The translations under genes and the position numbers were made by a program. 63,978 nucleotides of DNA from Chara braunii (taxonomy: Eukaryota > Plantae > Charophyceae), in NCBI GenBank assembly GCA_003427395.1, contig BFEA01000027.1, positions 1,172,170 to 1,236,147 on the forward strand. Direction: 5' to 3'. The notes under the pieces are model-generated. The model was not told the DNA's origin. It saw only the letters and a program-made list of their open reading frames with translations, and did not search any database. This document shows positions 1-13,360 of the stretch, one piece after another; position 1 is the first letter of the stretch, and each line of letters begins with the position of its first letter.

Positions 1-12
1 ACCCCCGCCCGA

Positions 13-64
<52 letters not shown>
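13..64. repeat. (CA)n microsatellite
   Basis: Perfect CA dinucleotide run. Confidence 0.95.
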
Positions 65-68
<4 letters not shown>

Positions 69-239
69 GCGGGGTTTCGAAGCGGTTTTTGTCTTTTCTT
101 TTCTTTTTTCTGTTTTTATTTTTTGTTTCGCAATAGAAAACAACAATGCCCCCCCAAAAAATATAGGCGTGTAGGTTTTTTTTAGGCCTACACGCCCATA
201 TATATATTTTGTTTTCATGCGTTAGAAAAAAAAATAAAG

Positions 240-349
240 ATCCTGCACCGAACTTGACTGGTCGGCCGAGGCCGAACCTAGCCGATTTGGCCGTCGGCCG
301 CGGCCGCGGCCGATTTCCCCCCCCGGCCGCGGCCGAGCGTGCAACATAG
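240..349. mobile_element. Possible right end of a DNA transposon (GGCCG-rich subterminal repeats, ending ...GTGCAACATAG) that truncates Gypsy element A
   Basis: Dense GGCCG/CGGCC repeats end abruptly where homology to the Gypsy downstream ORF begins. The other end is not identifiable in the window. Confidence 0.3.
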
Positions 350-854
350 TCTGAAGCCTTACGACATCATCCCTCATGCCTTTTATCCGAAGGCGGAGGA
401 GGTGGTGATCGACGACGACGAAGAAGACGACGACGAGGAAACGTTGGAGGAGGGAAGCTATAGCGAGTATAGCGAGGGCGAGCTGAGTGAAGAAGAAGAA
501 GAGGAGGAAGAAGGAACCGACTCTGAGTGGGAAGCTTTGCCGGAGGAAGCAGCGCGCACGGGCACGGAGGCGGAAGACCCTGAGGTTGCGCGTAGGCGAG
601 AAGAGATTGTCATCGAGAAACGCCAGCTGGAGTTCGCCACCGGAGCAAATCTGCGCATCGGCAACGATCCGACCAAGAACCCGGAGCCACCGAAACCCGA
701 AGATGGCGACCCCGCAGCCGCCGCCCCAAGTACCACGCGACTGAGACGGAGCAGATCCCCCTCCTCCTCCAGCCCCACCCGTCCCCCAGTTCGCCCACGT
801 TCCGATGCGGGCGATAGGCCTTCGTCTTCGGACGTTATCCCGCCGTGCCCTTGA
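350..854 (+). pseudogene. Element A accessory ORF3, C-terminal part (acidic tract plus RRSRSP tail)
   Basis: EEGSYSEYSEGE..SEWEAL..EDPEVARRREEI..LEFATG..RRSRSPS aligns with 35750-36215. Confidence 0.7.
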
Positions 855-1310
855 TTTTCTCACCCTCGAACAGATCCGCACCCCCGTCACCTTCCCCCTC
901 CATCCCTTCCTTCCCCATCTCTTCTGCGATTTCTACTCTACCCGCCTACTTGCTATCGTCTACCCTCACGCATCCCTTTAGCCCACTGCCCCCACGTTCT
1001 GCTGGCATATCCTGTTGTTCAGCGCTGCACGGGAGCGATGCAACGTGGTAGAAGTCTAATGCGTAGCCACGGGGACAATCCCCGCCTGTCGCCACTACGA
1101 TTCCTTTCGCGCGGCGCTCCTCCACACCCTCTCCTCCTTCTATCGCGACTACCTCGCTTCCCTCCCTCATAGCGGCGATCACTTTCCTCGCTTCCACCGG
1201 ATCATCCGATATGAGGAGCTTCCGGTGACGGTAGAAGGGAGGAATCGCTACCTACCCCCACTTCCTCCCCATCGTCCCCGTGAGATCCCCTCCATGTACC
1301 GCCTCTACTA
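805..1310 (+). pseudogene. Element A accessory ORF4 (frameshifted, with stops)
   Basis: MRAIGLRLRTLSRRALD...GTIPAC...DYLASLPHSGDHFPRFHRIIRYEELP matches ORF4 of element B (36166-36693). Confidence 0.7.
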
Positions 1311-3574
1311 GCCCATTCCAACTAGGCGGTAGATCCCGATCACGTGACTATTCCCCCCCCCTCCTCCTCTCTTCATCTAATCGGCAGGGGAAAACAACAC
1401 GAATCAGTAAGCTTTGCGAAGATCACGCCATCGACGATGACATCAACCTACGCTCTGATTCGACGGGCAGTAACAAACTGGGGTGCAGAGCACACGAAGA
1501 ACCGGCGGACGATGATGGCGTCACCTGGACGACCATCGATGATTCCAGCAGCACAGGCCAACAAAAGATTGCAATTGAAGATGTCGTCAACATGGACTCT
1601 GGCTGGATCGTTTGTTGATACGCTTGGTTCCTCATTCATCACTCTGTTCTCTCTCTCTCTCTCTCCTTCTCCGCCATGACATGCAATCAGGAGATCACAT
1701 AATTTTGGAACCCCCTGCGCGTCACATATGTGACTAACAACTTCCCGAACCCATGCTATCTTTCATACCCTTTTTGCTTGTATCATACCAACCCCATAAA
1801 AACCCCGTTTCGTTTTCTTGATTTCGGGTGCCGCGTTTTTGGCCCCCATCTTTCGGAAGCTTTTACGATTCTCGGGTTCTGCTTCTTCTTTTCACAATTC
1901 GGGAAATACATACGAATTTACGTGCGCCTTAGCGAGCGCACTGGGAATTAAGCCCTTCAATTGGGAATTCCGGGATAGGCGGAACTTCGACATGTCCTTT
2001 TTGTGAGTGAATGTTCTCGGTCGCGTTGGGGAAAACTCTCGGAATTTTGTGGGGATGCGAATAGGCGCAGGACTTTCTTTCCCCGCGTCGCTCTTTCTCG
2101 CGCGGATATGGTGATTTCAATTTTGAATTGGTTTCGGATGTAGGCAAGTTGTAACTTTTTCGGTTCCTTTTTCTCTTTTTTCTGTTGACGGCGCCACGCA
2201 TGCAAAGCTTTCTCCTCTCTGTCCCCCGAATCGCTCNCTCCCGCGCTCCTTTTTCCTTCCCCCCCCCCCCTTCTTCCTCTCTCCTCGTAACTGTTTTTCT
2301 TCCTCTCTCTCTCTCTCTCTCTCGCTCTGATCGGTTGCACGCCCATTTTCCCTTTCTTGATTGTCTGAATCTTGGGCCCGTCTTGCGCTACTTCTCGCGC
2401 CTTTTTCCTTCTCACCCTCCAACTCAGCGCACGACGCCCGGTCGATCCTTCGATAACTCCCGCTCGCCAATCAGGTATGTGGATCAATAAGACCTTCCTA
2501 TTGCGCGACGAATCTGATTGGTTTAACCTTGAGTTTCGAAGGATCAACATGGCTTCCACGGACGCTCTTCTCAAAGTCTTCTCCTCCTGCTTCTCCTCTT
2601 ACACCTCGACTTTCGCTTCACTTTCTCCCCCTTATGTCTCCCTTGTCGCAACTATAAAATCCGCAAGCGCGTCCGCAAAGCTCTCTTACGTTCTCGACTC
2701 CTGAGCCAGCTTCCAGGAAGCAGTGGCTAGGCAGAGTGTTTGATGCGAGTCGGAAAGTCCTGTCGGGCAGACGATAGGTTGGCCGGTTGCGCGCTTGATC
2801 GCCACGACGGACTGTGGGATCTAGGCGAACCACGTCGAGTTTACGTCGGCGGGGTGACGATCGCGGTGGTGGGAGTTAGCACGCGACGGCCGGGACCGTC
2901 GGTGCAGGTATTGATGATCGGAGTTGAGTGAGTAATTGGCCTGGGGCCATATTGGAATTCACGGCGAATGCGCCTTTGTGATTGTGAATCTTTATCTCAG
3001 GCGTGAGTGTGAGGTGGCAACGCCGAACTTTTCTCTCTCTTCCTCTCCTCCATTTTTGAATGATGATGCGTCTGGATGTTTATCTCTCCCTTGAATAAGA
3101 ATGGGTCTGCATGATGTTCCTGGGTGAAAGAACTTCCGGAACTCTTCCATTAGTTTCCTGGGTAGTCCCCCTATGCAAGAACCCCGTCTTCTTGTCTTGT
3201 GAACAGTGGATGCACGTGTATTATTCAGCGATCCATCTTTTATCCCTGTGCATATCTCATTTTCGCACCTTCCACAGTGAATGTATGTATGGAGATACGT
3301 GCCTTTTTGCATTGATTGGACAATTGTCGTCGGAATTTTGTTCGAGAATGCAAGAGTGTTTAGATNTGTANTTCTGAACGCACTGCGCATGCCATCTGCT
3401 TTANGCTGCACGACATCTNCAACCGACCTACAGGGCGGCCGCGAAAAACAAGGCGCCTTGAATCAACGCCGCGTTGGCTCACTAAACCTGAGTCGCNGGT
3501 CAGTCCTATAGTTACATGCATGATCAAGCTGATGAGTGTTTTCTTTCTCTCTCTTTTGTGTCGAAAAGGATTGA

Positions 3575-4027
3575 TTGGGGGTTGCNCGAGTGTTTTCTTT
3601 TCTTGATGACGTCTCGGGATTTTTGCAATTGATTGATATGTGGACTGACAAGCACCCTTCGATTGGGCACCAGCCTCCCGTATCTCCCGTCTCCACACGG
3701 CCTTTTCCCTACCACGAGGAAAGGACACGTGTATGCGAGTGGGACGTACGAGAAGCTGTCGCACAAATCAACGGACGATACTACTTCCCTCCGGCAAACC
3801 GTTGTTCAAGGTTCGTAGAGGCTGGGTTTGTCATTATCGATACGCATTTTCCACCTTACTCGATATTGTTGCCATTCAACGAGTTGATCGTCATCCCGTG
3901 GACGTCAGTAGAACCCCATTGGTCGCGCACCCTATGCACCGAATGCCAGCGCTTTGAGCGCTACGAATCCAGGGGTTTCCACTACCGTGTGCGGAGTGAG
4001 GACATAGAGAAAGAGCCACGCGATTAA
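3575..4027 (+). CDS. LTR-encoded ORF of element A (unknown function, CxxC-containing); start codon uncertain
   Basis: GFVIIDTHFPPYSILLPFNELIVIPWTSVEPHW...CTEC motif is shared with the LTR ORFs of B, C and D. Confidence 0.6.
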   Translation: MGVXRVFSFLDDVSGFLQLIDMWTDKHPSIGHQPPVSPVSTRPFPYHEERTRVCEWDVREAVAQINGRYYFPPANRCSRFVEAGFVIIDTHFPPYSILLPFNELIVIPWTSVEPHWSRTLCTECQRFERYESRGFHYRVRSEDIEKEPRD

Positions 4028-4587
4028 GACCCTCCACGTCGGATTCGGAACTGGTCAGTAAACGACGACGGGACTTAATACGAAAGCGAGACACGCGAAG
4101 CGTGCCGAAGCCCTTCTATTCTAAACGACGGGTCGTAGCCAAGTGGGAAGTCCGACAATATTTTCTGGATTGAATTCATATTTCTCCCTCCTCTCGCGCC
4201 AAACTTCCGCGCGCATTTTGCGTCTCTCGAAAAACGATCGACTTACTTCATCGGACCAACCCGGAGGATTTCAGTTCCGTCTGTGTCCCCACACTCAATT
4301 TCCAAAAATCCTTGGCACACCCCTTCTTGCTGTTTTTATGGGCCTCTTTCCGCACATCTAGCACTCCGAACGAAAGACAGCACAGGGCGTGAGGTTGCAC
4401 GTCACACCTGATCATTATGGTACCCGGCCCGGTAAGTCTCCCGATATATACTTTTTTTTTTTTTTTTAAGAAAAAAAAAACAATGCCCAAGGCTGATATT
4501 ACCAATAAGAAAATTGAGGCCGGGGTCCTCACAGTCTACCCGGAGTGACCGAACCGAACTTGCTGAGAACCGGGCTCAGCGCCCCAT

Positions 4588-4598
4588 ATGATGATAAC

Positions 4599-4638
<40 letters not shown>
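4588..4638. repeat. (GAT)n microsatellite
   Basis: Trinucleotide run. Confidence 0.9.
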
Positions 4639-4641
<3 letters not shown>

Positions 4642-4866
4642 TCCTGCTGATTCTACGTGAAATGTGAGATAATCATACTAATGATGACGACGCTAACAAT
4701 GATGATAATTAGTGTATATAAAAAATATAGAAGACTACGCTATATCAGCAATTCTGGCCTCCTAATTCTAGAACAACTCCTAGCCCTCCCTGTACCAGGA
4801 CATTGCAACTCAGAGATAATACCAACCTAACCAACGTCAACCATAGTCGACCTCTTCTCACCACCT

Positions 4867-5620
4867 AGACTATCCCCGGCCCCATAGGTTGTCAAGGCAG
4901 CCCCCCCCAGTTTGCCACTGGATTGCCTTCCTCCCTCAGCAAACCCCAGATCTTTCTACAAGGCCTCACACTCCTGCCATTTGCAGGTTACAGGGCAACG
5001 CCCCAGCTCCGGCCACCATCGTTCTGGCATCGGCAAACCAGGGGCACAGAACAAAGCAACTCTGTAGATATCAGTCCAGGTTCGACCATCTCTCTGAAAT
5101 CCTATATCCCGAATGAGGAAGAAGGCCAGATGCTGCCAAAAATTTCAAAACACCAGAAAGCTTAATATAACATGATTGAAAATTATGCGATTCTTTGTTT
5201 TTTTTTAGCAAACCTAGTCATCCCTTATACCAAACACACAACCCCAGAGACAATACTTTCCTAACCAATGCAAGTCACAGGTGATGTGATCTTGCCACCA
5301 AGACTATACCCGGCCCTTTAGGTTGTCAAGGCTGACCCCCTCCAGTTCCCCACTGGATTGCCTTCCTCCCTCGACTAATCCCTAGATCTCTCTACCAGAC
5401 CTCACGCTCCTGCTACCAACAGGTCGCAGGGCTAATGCCCCAGCACCGGCCAGCGTCGTTCTAGCATCGACAAACCAAAAGCCCGAAACACATTGGCTTT
5501 GCAGACATCTGTCAGGATTCTACCATCTCTAAAACCATGTATTTCATATAAAGGGAAAACCAGATATCGCCTAAATTACAAAAAAACAGGTAAGCTTGAT
5601 ATAGCATAATTAGTATTTAC
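4867..5620. repeat. Diverged tandem duplication, period ~434 bp
   Basis: AGACTAT.CCCGGCCC.TAGGTTGTCAAGGC...CACTGGATTGCCTTCCTCCCTC occurs at 4867 and 5301 with continuing similarity. Confidence 0.8.
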
Positions 5621-8469
5621 ACCTAAGGTTAGTCTCCTCCCTCCCCTCCTTTCCATCCTGTCCCAACGCTGCCTCTGCCGAAACGGATTACCCAGATTGC
5701 AGGCAACCCATCACCGCCCCAACTTGGGCCAGTCCCACCTTCCCCACCCTTATCCCACAAAGGCATACAGTTCCCTCCCAAAGTATGCCTCTGCCCACCT
5801 TTTACCCTAATCTGCCTCCGCTGGTGTGAGTACCCCCACCCCAACCACAGAATAAGGCAACCCACTAGTTCTGCTCGCACCCCCTCCAGGGCTTCACCTC
5901 CCTCCTTGTCCTGCAGAGCGAAGCTGTCCCCTGTTCACCCACCTTCCATCCATCAGAAATAAACATCGATACTCAGAGAGGAGAATATAGATACCAGAAA
6001 CACAATTGGCATTTCAAACCAAAGAAAAATAAGCCGAAGACGAGGATTCTGCAATGGAATTGGATAAGAGTCAGGTTATGGAAGCAAATGCAGCGAAGAT
6101 AAAACATGGAAAGTGATACAGATTGTAGACTCAGAGATTCTAAATTTAGGAATTTAGGTAGACTAAGATGAATGACTTTAGAATTTTAATTATTTAGATA
6201 TTTAGGTATTTGAAAAATACCTCAAGGTCAAATTCAGTTCAAGAAAGATTAAGGAAATAAGGGACTATCCATGTTTCATAATATTAATAGAATATTATTA
6301 AGATGTTATTGAGTTGATGATAAGATTGATTTTCAGATTGATATGTAGGATGATGATCAAGATGATGACTAAATGATAATTAACAAAAAAATGAAAGCTA
6401 CACTCCCCCTTCCCCCCTTCACTCCAGACAATCTCTAATCGCAACCCTCTCCTACTGCCTCACCCCCTCTCTCCCCCCTGCCCCCCCTCCTCCTTTTCCC
6501 GACTTCTCTCACACCCATCCCCCCTCCACTTCCTCTCGTCATCACAACTCTTCTCCCTTCTCACACACATGAAAAGGAGAGCGGCGCATCAAAAAAGTAA
6601 GTAGAGCCGAAAAATGAGTCAAGAGAGTCGGAAGGGAATGAGGACAGAGAACGGGAGAGAAAGAAAAAGGAGGACGGAGGGAAAGGAGGACGAGGGAGAG
6701 ATAGAGAATGAAGGAGGGAGAAGAAATGTACCCTTCCATAGAAAACAGAAATAAAGGATTGGAAAAATCATGAAAATGCAAGCAGAGGAGAAAAAACTAT
6801 AGCAAACGTGAGACATACTCCCCCCCCAACCTGGTTTTCCGGAAAAAAAACACTAAACGCTAATCCCTCCCCCTTCCCCCACAAACCTCCCTCCACTACT
6901 CTTCTGCTTGATTAGCATGCATTTGTGTGAGCTTGCTTGTACTGAGCAAACCTACGGACGGTGCGAACCGGCGATACTTCGATTACGATGGCGGACTGGG
7001 ACTTTTCGACGGGAGCGGACGAGGACTTACCGCTCACGCCCGACACCGAAGAGGAGAGAGCAGCGGAAGCAGTGGTATATCTCCCTCGTACTTTTCTCTC
7101 TGTATGGACCTTGTTTTTTTGCATGCCTCCGCGGATTGGGTGCGTGTACGTTTGTGATGCAGGTGTTTTAACCCCTCTGACAAGCCGGTTTGTGGTAACG
7201 GGGTGCCAACGGCGAAAAAGCTTTTAGGGGAGCCACACCCCTCCTGCCAGCATCGGGAGCACCCCAGGAGAAGCGGGTCATGTGCATTTTGTCTCGACAG
7301 CCACCGTAACCGAGTATCTATGGAAGTCGAATCCACATGTAGCTCAGAGTAATAGAAGCGGAGGGACTACGCGAGAGAGGAGGAGAATGGGGCGCACGAG
7401 GTGTGGCAAGCACCGGGGGACGAGGATGGGAAGGAAATAGTAAGGGAGAGAATCCGAAAGGGGGAATGGAAGCAAGCGGAAAACAGTAATCGAGGGGAAG
7501 GGAGGGAACCATATCGAGCTCCGCAGATAACAACAGGATGGGGGGAGAGGAGCCGGGGAAGTTCGGTAGCTTTCCTTTGTCTGTGATAATCTGATTACAA
7601 CATTTCTTGGTTTCTATGCTGTTTCCTTTTTTTTTTTTTTTTTTTTTTTTTTATGATTTGTCGGTATGGAGTCCGCTTTACCGTTTGATGAAATGATATG
7701 CTCCTGGTATAACTTGTTCCCGTCCCCAATGCATGTATATATGCCGTTTCCCCCTCTCCCTAACTATGGGGATGAAGGGTTTGTTTAAAGACTGCTCAGG
7801 ACGCTGATGGGATCCTTTTTCCTTTTTCGGATGGGATCCTGACATCACCCGACAGTAACGTGGCTATTGGGCCATGTAACGAACCCCTGCAAACCCCTGC
7901 AATGGACAGCCGAACCGCATTCACCACCCCGGACCACCAGTCCGACTGCCACGAGGCAGCAAACCTGCCTACGTCCGCAGATCAAAGGATGGACTAGTTG
8001 TCTTGGGTGAGGAAGCGATATCGGGATGGGACTCCCCGTCCAATCGAAGCCATACCCCAACCAGGGGAACGGGCTGGAATGGGACGATGATGGAAAGCCC
8101 AACACCCGCTGATAGGTTGATCTGCCTTTATTTCTATTGTTATTGTAAAACATGGATGAATAGCATGAGGATGTCTAGGTGCTGCTCATAGTCCCTTCGC
8201 GCGTGACAGATGAGGGCGAATGCATGATGGTATGGTGGCAGTGAGCAACGTTTGAAGGATTGTGACCGGTCCGGGTGTACCACTGTGATGGTGGGGTACA
8301 TGGCATGGTTTGCCGTGGGATCGTTTTTGGCACACACATATCGACTTCAAAGCGACCCATGGAATCATCTTAAAATGGCCCGCCAAGGTATGCTCTCCTG
8401 TCCATTTGCGGATGGCTTCCTCCTATCGTGGATTGCCTGACGGATTGTCTCTCACAGACACTGAGAGAC

Positions 8470-8756
<287 letters not shown>

Positions 8757-9473
8757 GCTTAGTTGACAATCACATGTCTCACAAATACGTGTTTGTACAC
8801 GATGGGCATATGGTGACTTGCAATACGTAACTCTGTATGCACGTGTTGTGCTGCGAGCGTAACCACATAGAGCCCGCTTGTAATAATAATAATAAAAAAC
8901 AAACTCAATCTGTAGTAGAAGATCAAGTCCGGTCTGCCTTGAAAAAGGTAGCAAGTCGCTAAATGCAGAACCAAATTTAGCGAATAACATGAACAAACGA
9001 AATTCCTCGACAAAGGGGTATTTTCTTCAGCATCAAAGACAAATTCTGGCTATATGCTGGAACCTCCGACCGATTGACGCAAGCAAAATAATGATAATGA
9101 ATGCATCGGTGGGGACAACCAGCTTAATAGACCCCATTTGCAAGGAAATCGATCAGGAGGAACTCAATTACAAGCAGCATGGAGTCTCTCTTGCCCAACA
9201 TGCACACGGCAACAAGTTGATTAGCAGAATTGACAAAGCAATGATCACATTCGCACAAGAATTCACATGTTGGTATTTTTATGACAACCCTCTGGCACAG
9301 CTCACAACAGGCGCCCAAAGGCCTGTTGGCTGAACGTCCTCAGGCCAATGTGTCTTCGACCTGCCCCAACCTTCTTAAATACCTCACTCGGAATCCTGTG
9401 CGGCCCGTAGGCACCGCTGTCTGGAGGCTTCCTGGACAAGGCCATAGTTTATCGGGTCGCGGACAGCCTGACC

Positions 9474-9590
9474 AGGGCCTATAGGTCAGTTGGGCTTAAG
9501 CCCTTTGGGCCTGACCGCAGGGCCTCGACAGCTTGACGAGGGCCTATAGGTCAGTTAGGCTTAACCCCTTTGGGCCTGAGCGCAGGGCCT
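9474..9590. repeat. Two near-identical ~52-bp direct repeats, period 65
   Basis: AGGGCCTATAGGTCAGTT.GGCTTAA.CCCTTTGGGCCTGA.CGCAGGGCCT occurs twice. Confidence 0.85.
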
Positions 9591-9891
9591 AGCCGTTCTC
9601 TGCTGCCTGCTGGAAGGCCCTCACGGCCTTGCACATTCTTGCCACACGAGAAGCAAATCACATGAAGGCAGGATTTGACTCGGACTGAAAACAAAAGACC
9701 AGGCACTGCAACGAACAGGCCGCTCCATCATCCTATTCTCTGCATAGCATGCACCTCACCAACACACACCTCCCCCCATTTCTACACACATCAGAACAAT
9801 GCTGGATTAGCCTGTGCAAAGAATGGAAAGTGTAGAGCCATGAAGAAATAGAAATCAAATAAATTTGTACAATCGCTCATTCTGAATAACT

Positions 9892-10025
9892 CATGGTTGC
9901 CCCGGACCCGTACACCCAAACAACAGCACACGGACACCGGACCTGTGTCTGGGTCTAACCGGACATCCAGACATCCGGACCCAGACAGTTCGGTTTGGTG
10001 TATCAGTGTCCAGTTGTCTGGGAGG

Positions 10026-10067
<42 letters not shown>

Positions 10068-10626
10068 ATAGGACACATACACAGACAAAAACAGGTTTGT
10101 GGGACTGGTCGGACATGCTAATAAATTAATTATTAATCACATTGCCCCTGAAGACACACACAGCTCTGCTGTATCTAGAATGAAAGTTGCCCCCCAATAC
10201 GGCGATGGCACTGCAGCGGGCAGGAACTTCGACGACAGCTCTGCTGGACGAGGCGGACTTCAGGCAGGGGCTGCTACTCTTCGACCGGGGCTGCCACTCT
10301 TCGACGTTCGAAAATCGTGTCCTCCACACGTTCGAAAATCGGATCCTACCACCGGCGGGGCTGCTACTGTGCTCCCGTGTTTTCAACTTTTCATACAGAG
10401 GGCCCCTTTCAGGGCCGGTCCGGGTGGGGTACCAGTTCGCAAAAAACATCAGCAATATTTTTCCGGGGTATACCCCAGCCCCAGGAAAACGGCCTGGGGA
10501 CCCCAAAAAAAAAATTCCAATTTTTGACATCGGGGTCCAACAGGACCCTCCTAACCGGACACCGGACCCGGACGCCGAACACCAGACTGTCTGGATCGGG
10601 ATCCAGACGTCCGGCTGGCGACCATG
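9892..10626. mobile_element. Non-autonomous hAT-like element (MITE)
   Basis: TIRs CATGGTTGCC / GGCGACCATG (9/10), perfect 8-bp TSD GAATAACT (9884-9891 and 10627-10634), and CCGGAC subterminal repeats. Confidence 0.85.
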
Positions 10627-11196
10627 GAATAACTTACATTATTACATAATAAATTAATCATAAGAAAGCATTCCATGCAAAGCACATCTGCAGTGAAGAT
10701 GACAAGGGTTACCTTATCTCCCAGTCACGATTCATTACCTGCATAGCAAAGCAAAGCGAAGCGACACATCCACGGATCAGATAGAAAGGTCAGAAAGATG
10801 TGTATATATCATGAGGACAGACACACACATCACAGAGCAAAGACAGATAGACATACATGGAAAAGCATAAAGGCATAGACAAAGACATTACAGAATGAAA
10901 TTGGCACACACATTAACATATACAGGCACACACATTGCAATTTAAAGACATATGCAAGGAATTGCACACAGGCATAGACAAAGACATCAGGGAATGACAT
11001 TGACATATACAGACGCAAATATAGCCCTCCTTTTCTTTTAATAGACAGAGACAATAGAGAATGGCATTGACATAGGCATCAACATATAAAGACACACACA
11101 CACACCGCAATGTAAAGGTATGCGTGAAATGCCCATACGCATAGACAAAGATATTAGAGAACGGTGACATTGCCGTAGGCCTCTGACGACATACAT

Positions 11197-11676
11197 CTGG
11201 GCTACCAACCGGGCCGCCGAGGTCACCTTGGTTGCCCAGGCGCTCCGGCCAGGCATGGGCCAGGGAAGGTCCCTGCAAAAAAAAAAAAAAAACAAGTCGG
11301 AAAAAAAAAAAAAACTACATTATNNNNNNNNNNNNNNNNNNNNNNNNNNNNNNNNNNNNNNNNNNNNNNNNNNNNNNNNNNNNNNNNNNNNNNNNNNNNN
11401 NNNNNNNNNNNNNNNNNNNNNNNNNNNNNNNNNNNNNNNNNNNNNNNNNNNNNNNNNNNNNNNNNNNNNNNNNNNNNNNNNNNNNNNNNNNNNNNNNNNN
11501 NNNNNNNNNNNNNNNNNNNNNNNNNNNNNNNNNNNNNNNNNCCAAAAAAAAAAAAAAAAAAAAAAAAAACTTTACCAATTTTACCAAATCAATTTTTTAA
11601 TATTTTATTTTTATTATTATTATTTTTTTTTTTGGCCTGCCCGGGCAAGTGGTCCTGTGCCACTCAGGTAGCCTAG
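11197..11676. mobile_element. Second hAT-like MITE (spans a gap)
   Basis: TIRs CTGGGCTACC / GGTAGCCTAG (9/10); imperfect 8-bp TSD ACATACAT / GTATACAT. Confidence 0.55.
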
Positions 11677-12235
11677 GTATACATGGAATTGCACCTACAT
11701 ATAGAGAATGACATTGACGTAGAGATACAGTGATGCACACATCGACATGTGCATGGAATTGAGCATAGTCATAGACAACGACATCAGAGAATGACATTGA
11801 CACAGGCATCGACTCATACAGACACGTTGCAATCTAATCTACAGACATGCTGGGAACTGCACATAGGCATCCACAAATGTATCCAAGTTAAACCATTACG
11901 GCCTCGCCACACCACTCTCGAGAACGAGAAAAAATTATCGAGTGCTCCCTAAATTCGAGAGGTACCAAATTCGTCAGCTTTGGCTGCTTTGAACACAGCA
12001 CTCTCGAATGGCGTACTTTCAAAACGTGGTGGGAAAGAAAAAAAAAAGAACAGAAGACACCAAAAGAACCGGCAAACCGTTGTCCATCCTGACCTCAGGC
12101 CTAATCGCGAATGTTCAACTTTCCACACCTAGAGAAAAGCTGAGCACTCTCCAAACCAGGGCTGCAGCAAGCCGGAGTACTCTCGGCACTGGAGACTCCG
12201 GAGAGTACTCACAGGAACGCTTTTCTGACCACTCT

Positions 12236-12345
12236 GATTTATTTATTTATTCATTTATTTATTTATTTATCTATTTATTTATTTATTTATTCATGTATTT
12301 ATTTATTTATTTATTTATTTATCTATTTGTTTATTTATTTATTTG
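12236..12345. repeat. (ATTT)n microsatellite
   Basis: Tetranucleotide run. Confidence 0.9.
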
Positions 12346-13095
12346 TTGGTGTAACAGCCCTGGAGACAGCTTGAGGTGCTGGTAGGAGCAGACACATCAA
12401 GCTGGCCTTGGGGAGGCTCCATGTATTGGTGGGGAGCTGCACCTGCTGGGAAGCGGGCCCAGCGTGGAGAGGTGGTTTTCGCAATGCGTGGTGAGGACCT
12501 TTTCCCCAATACAAGGACCTTACACAGTCAGAAAGAGGGTGACATATAGGGAACAAAACGGAATGGGTGTTACGTAATGTTCTTGTAATCTTCATTTGAA
12601 TCATTTCCCAATTGACCTTTTTTTTTTTTTTTTTTTTTAACATCCCGTTTGCTTACCCTCCTTTTCCGTTTTCTAACTTCACAATATATCATTTCTTTTT
12701 TCTTCTATTTACCTCATTTGGTTAACTTTTCTTGTCAATTTTCATGAGTTTCCCTTTGTTCATTTCCCATTTCCATTTCGTCCGGTTTTGCTTTCCATTT
12801 CCATATCTTCTTTTTCCTTTTCTTACCATTTTCTTCATTTACCTGCCTTATTCACTTTGTGAAATTTGTTGGTCTCTGATTTAGTAATTTTTATTATTTT
12901 TACAATTTTTTTTCAGAAGAGAAGTCTGGCAATCCTAATATCTGTCTTACACATGTTTTGCAATCGTGTTGTGTTTGTTATTCCTATCCATCCAAAATCC
13001 CATGAGGCAGATGGAGCACATAAAGCTGATGATTGCCAGTAACTTCAGGCAAGATCAGTCCTTTCCCTCTCCCTCGTCCTCCTCTCTCACTCTCC

Positions 13096-13151
<56 letters not shown>

Positions 13152-13360
13152 ACTCTCTCTCCATCCCTCTCCTTCGTACTGCTTTTATTCCTTTCGTTTC
13201 CCTTTCCTTCCTTTCCTTATTTCCCTCACTTGCTTTTTCATCCTTCCTTTCCTTTCTTCTATTCATTATTCAAATGATCCATGGGGACTTTTCTGTGGCT
13301 TGACATAAATATTAAATACCCTGCGGCTTGACATACATACCTCTGCCTTCCCCGGACTCC

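Larger units (their letters stand above)
350..4406 (+). mobile_element. Ty3/Gypsy-like element A, 3' portion (accessory ORF region plus 3' LTR 1729-4395 plus terminal block 4396-4406)
   Basis: 339-854 and 805-1310 are homologous to the post-integrase ORFs of element B. The LTR starts TGTGAC at 1729, the element ends GTCACA at 4406, and the LTR is homologous to the minus-strand LTR at 47580-49578. Confidence 0.85.
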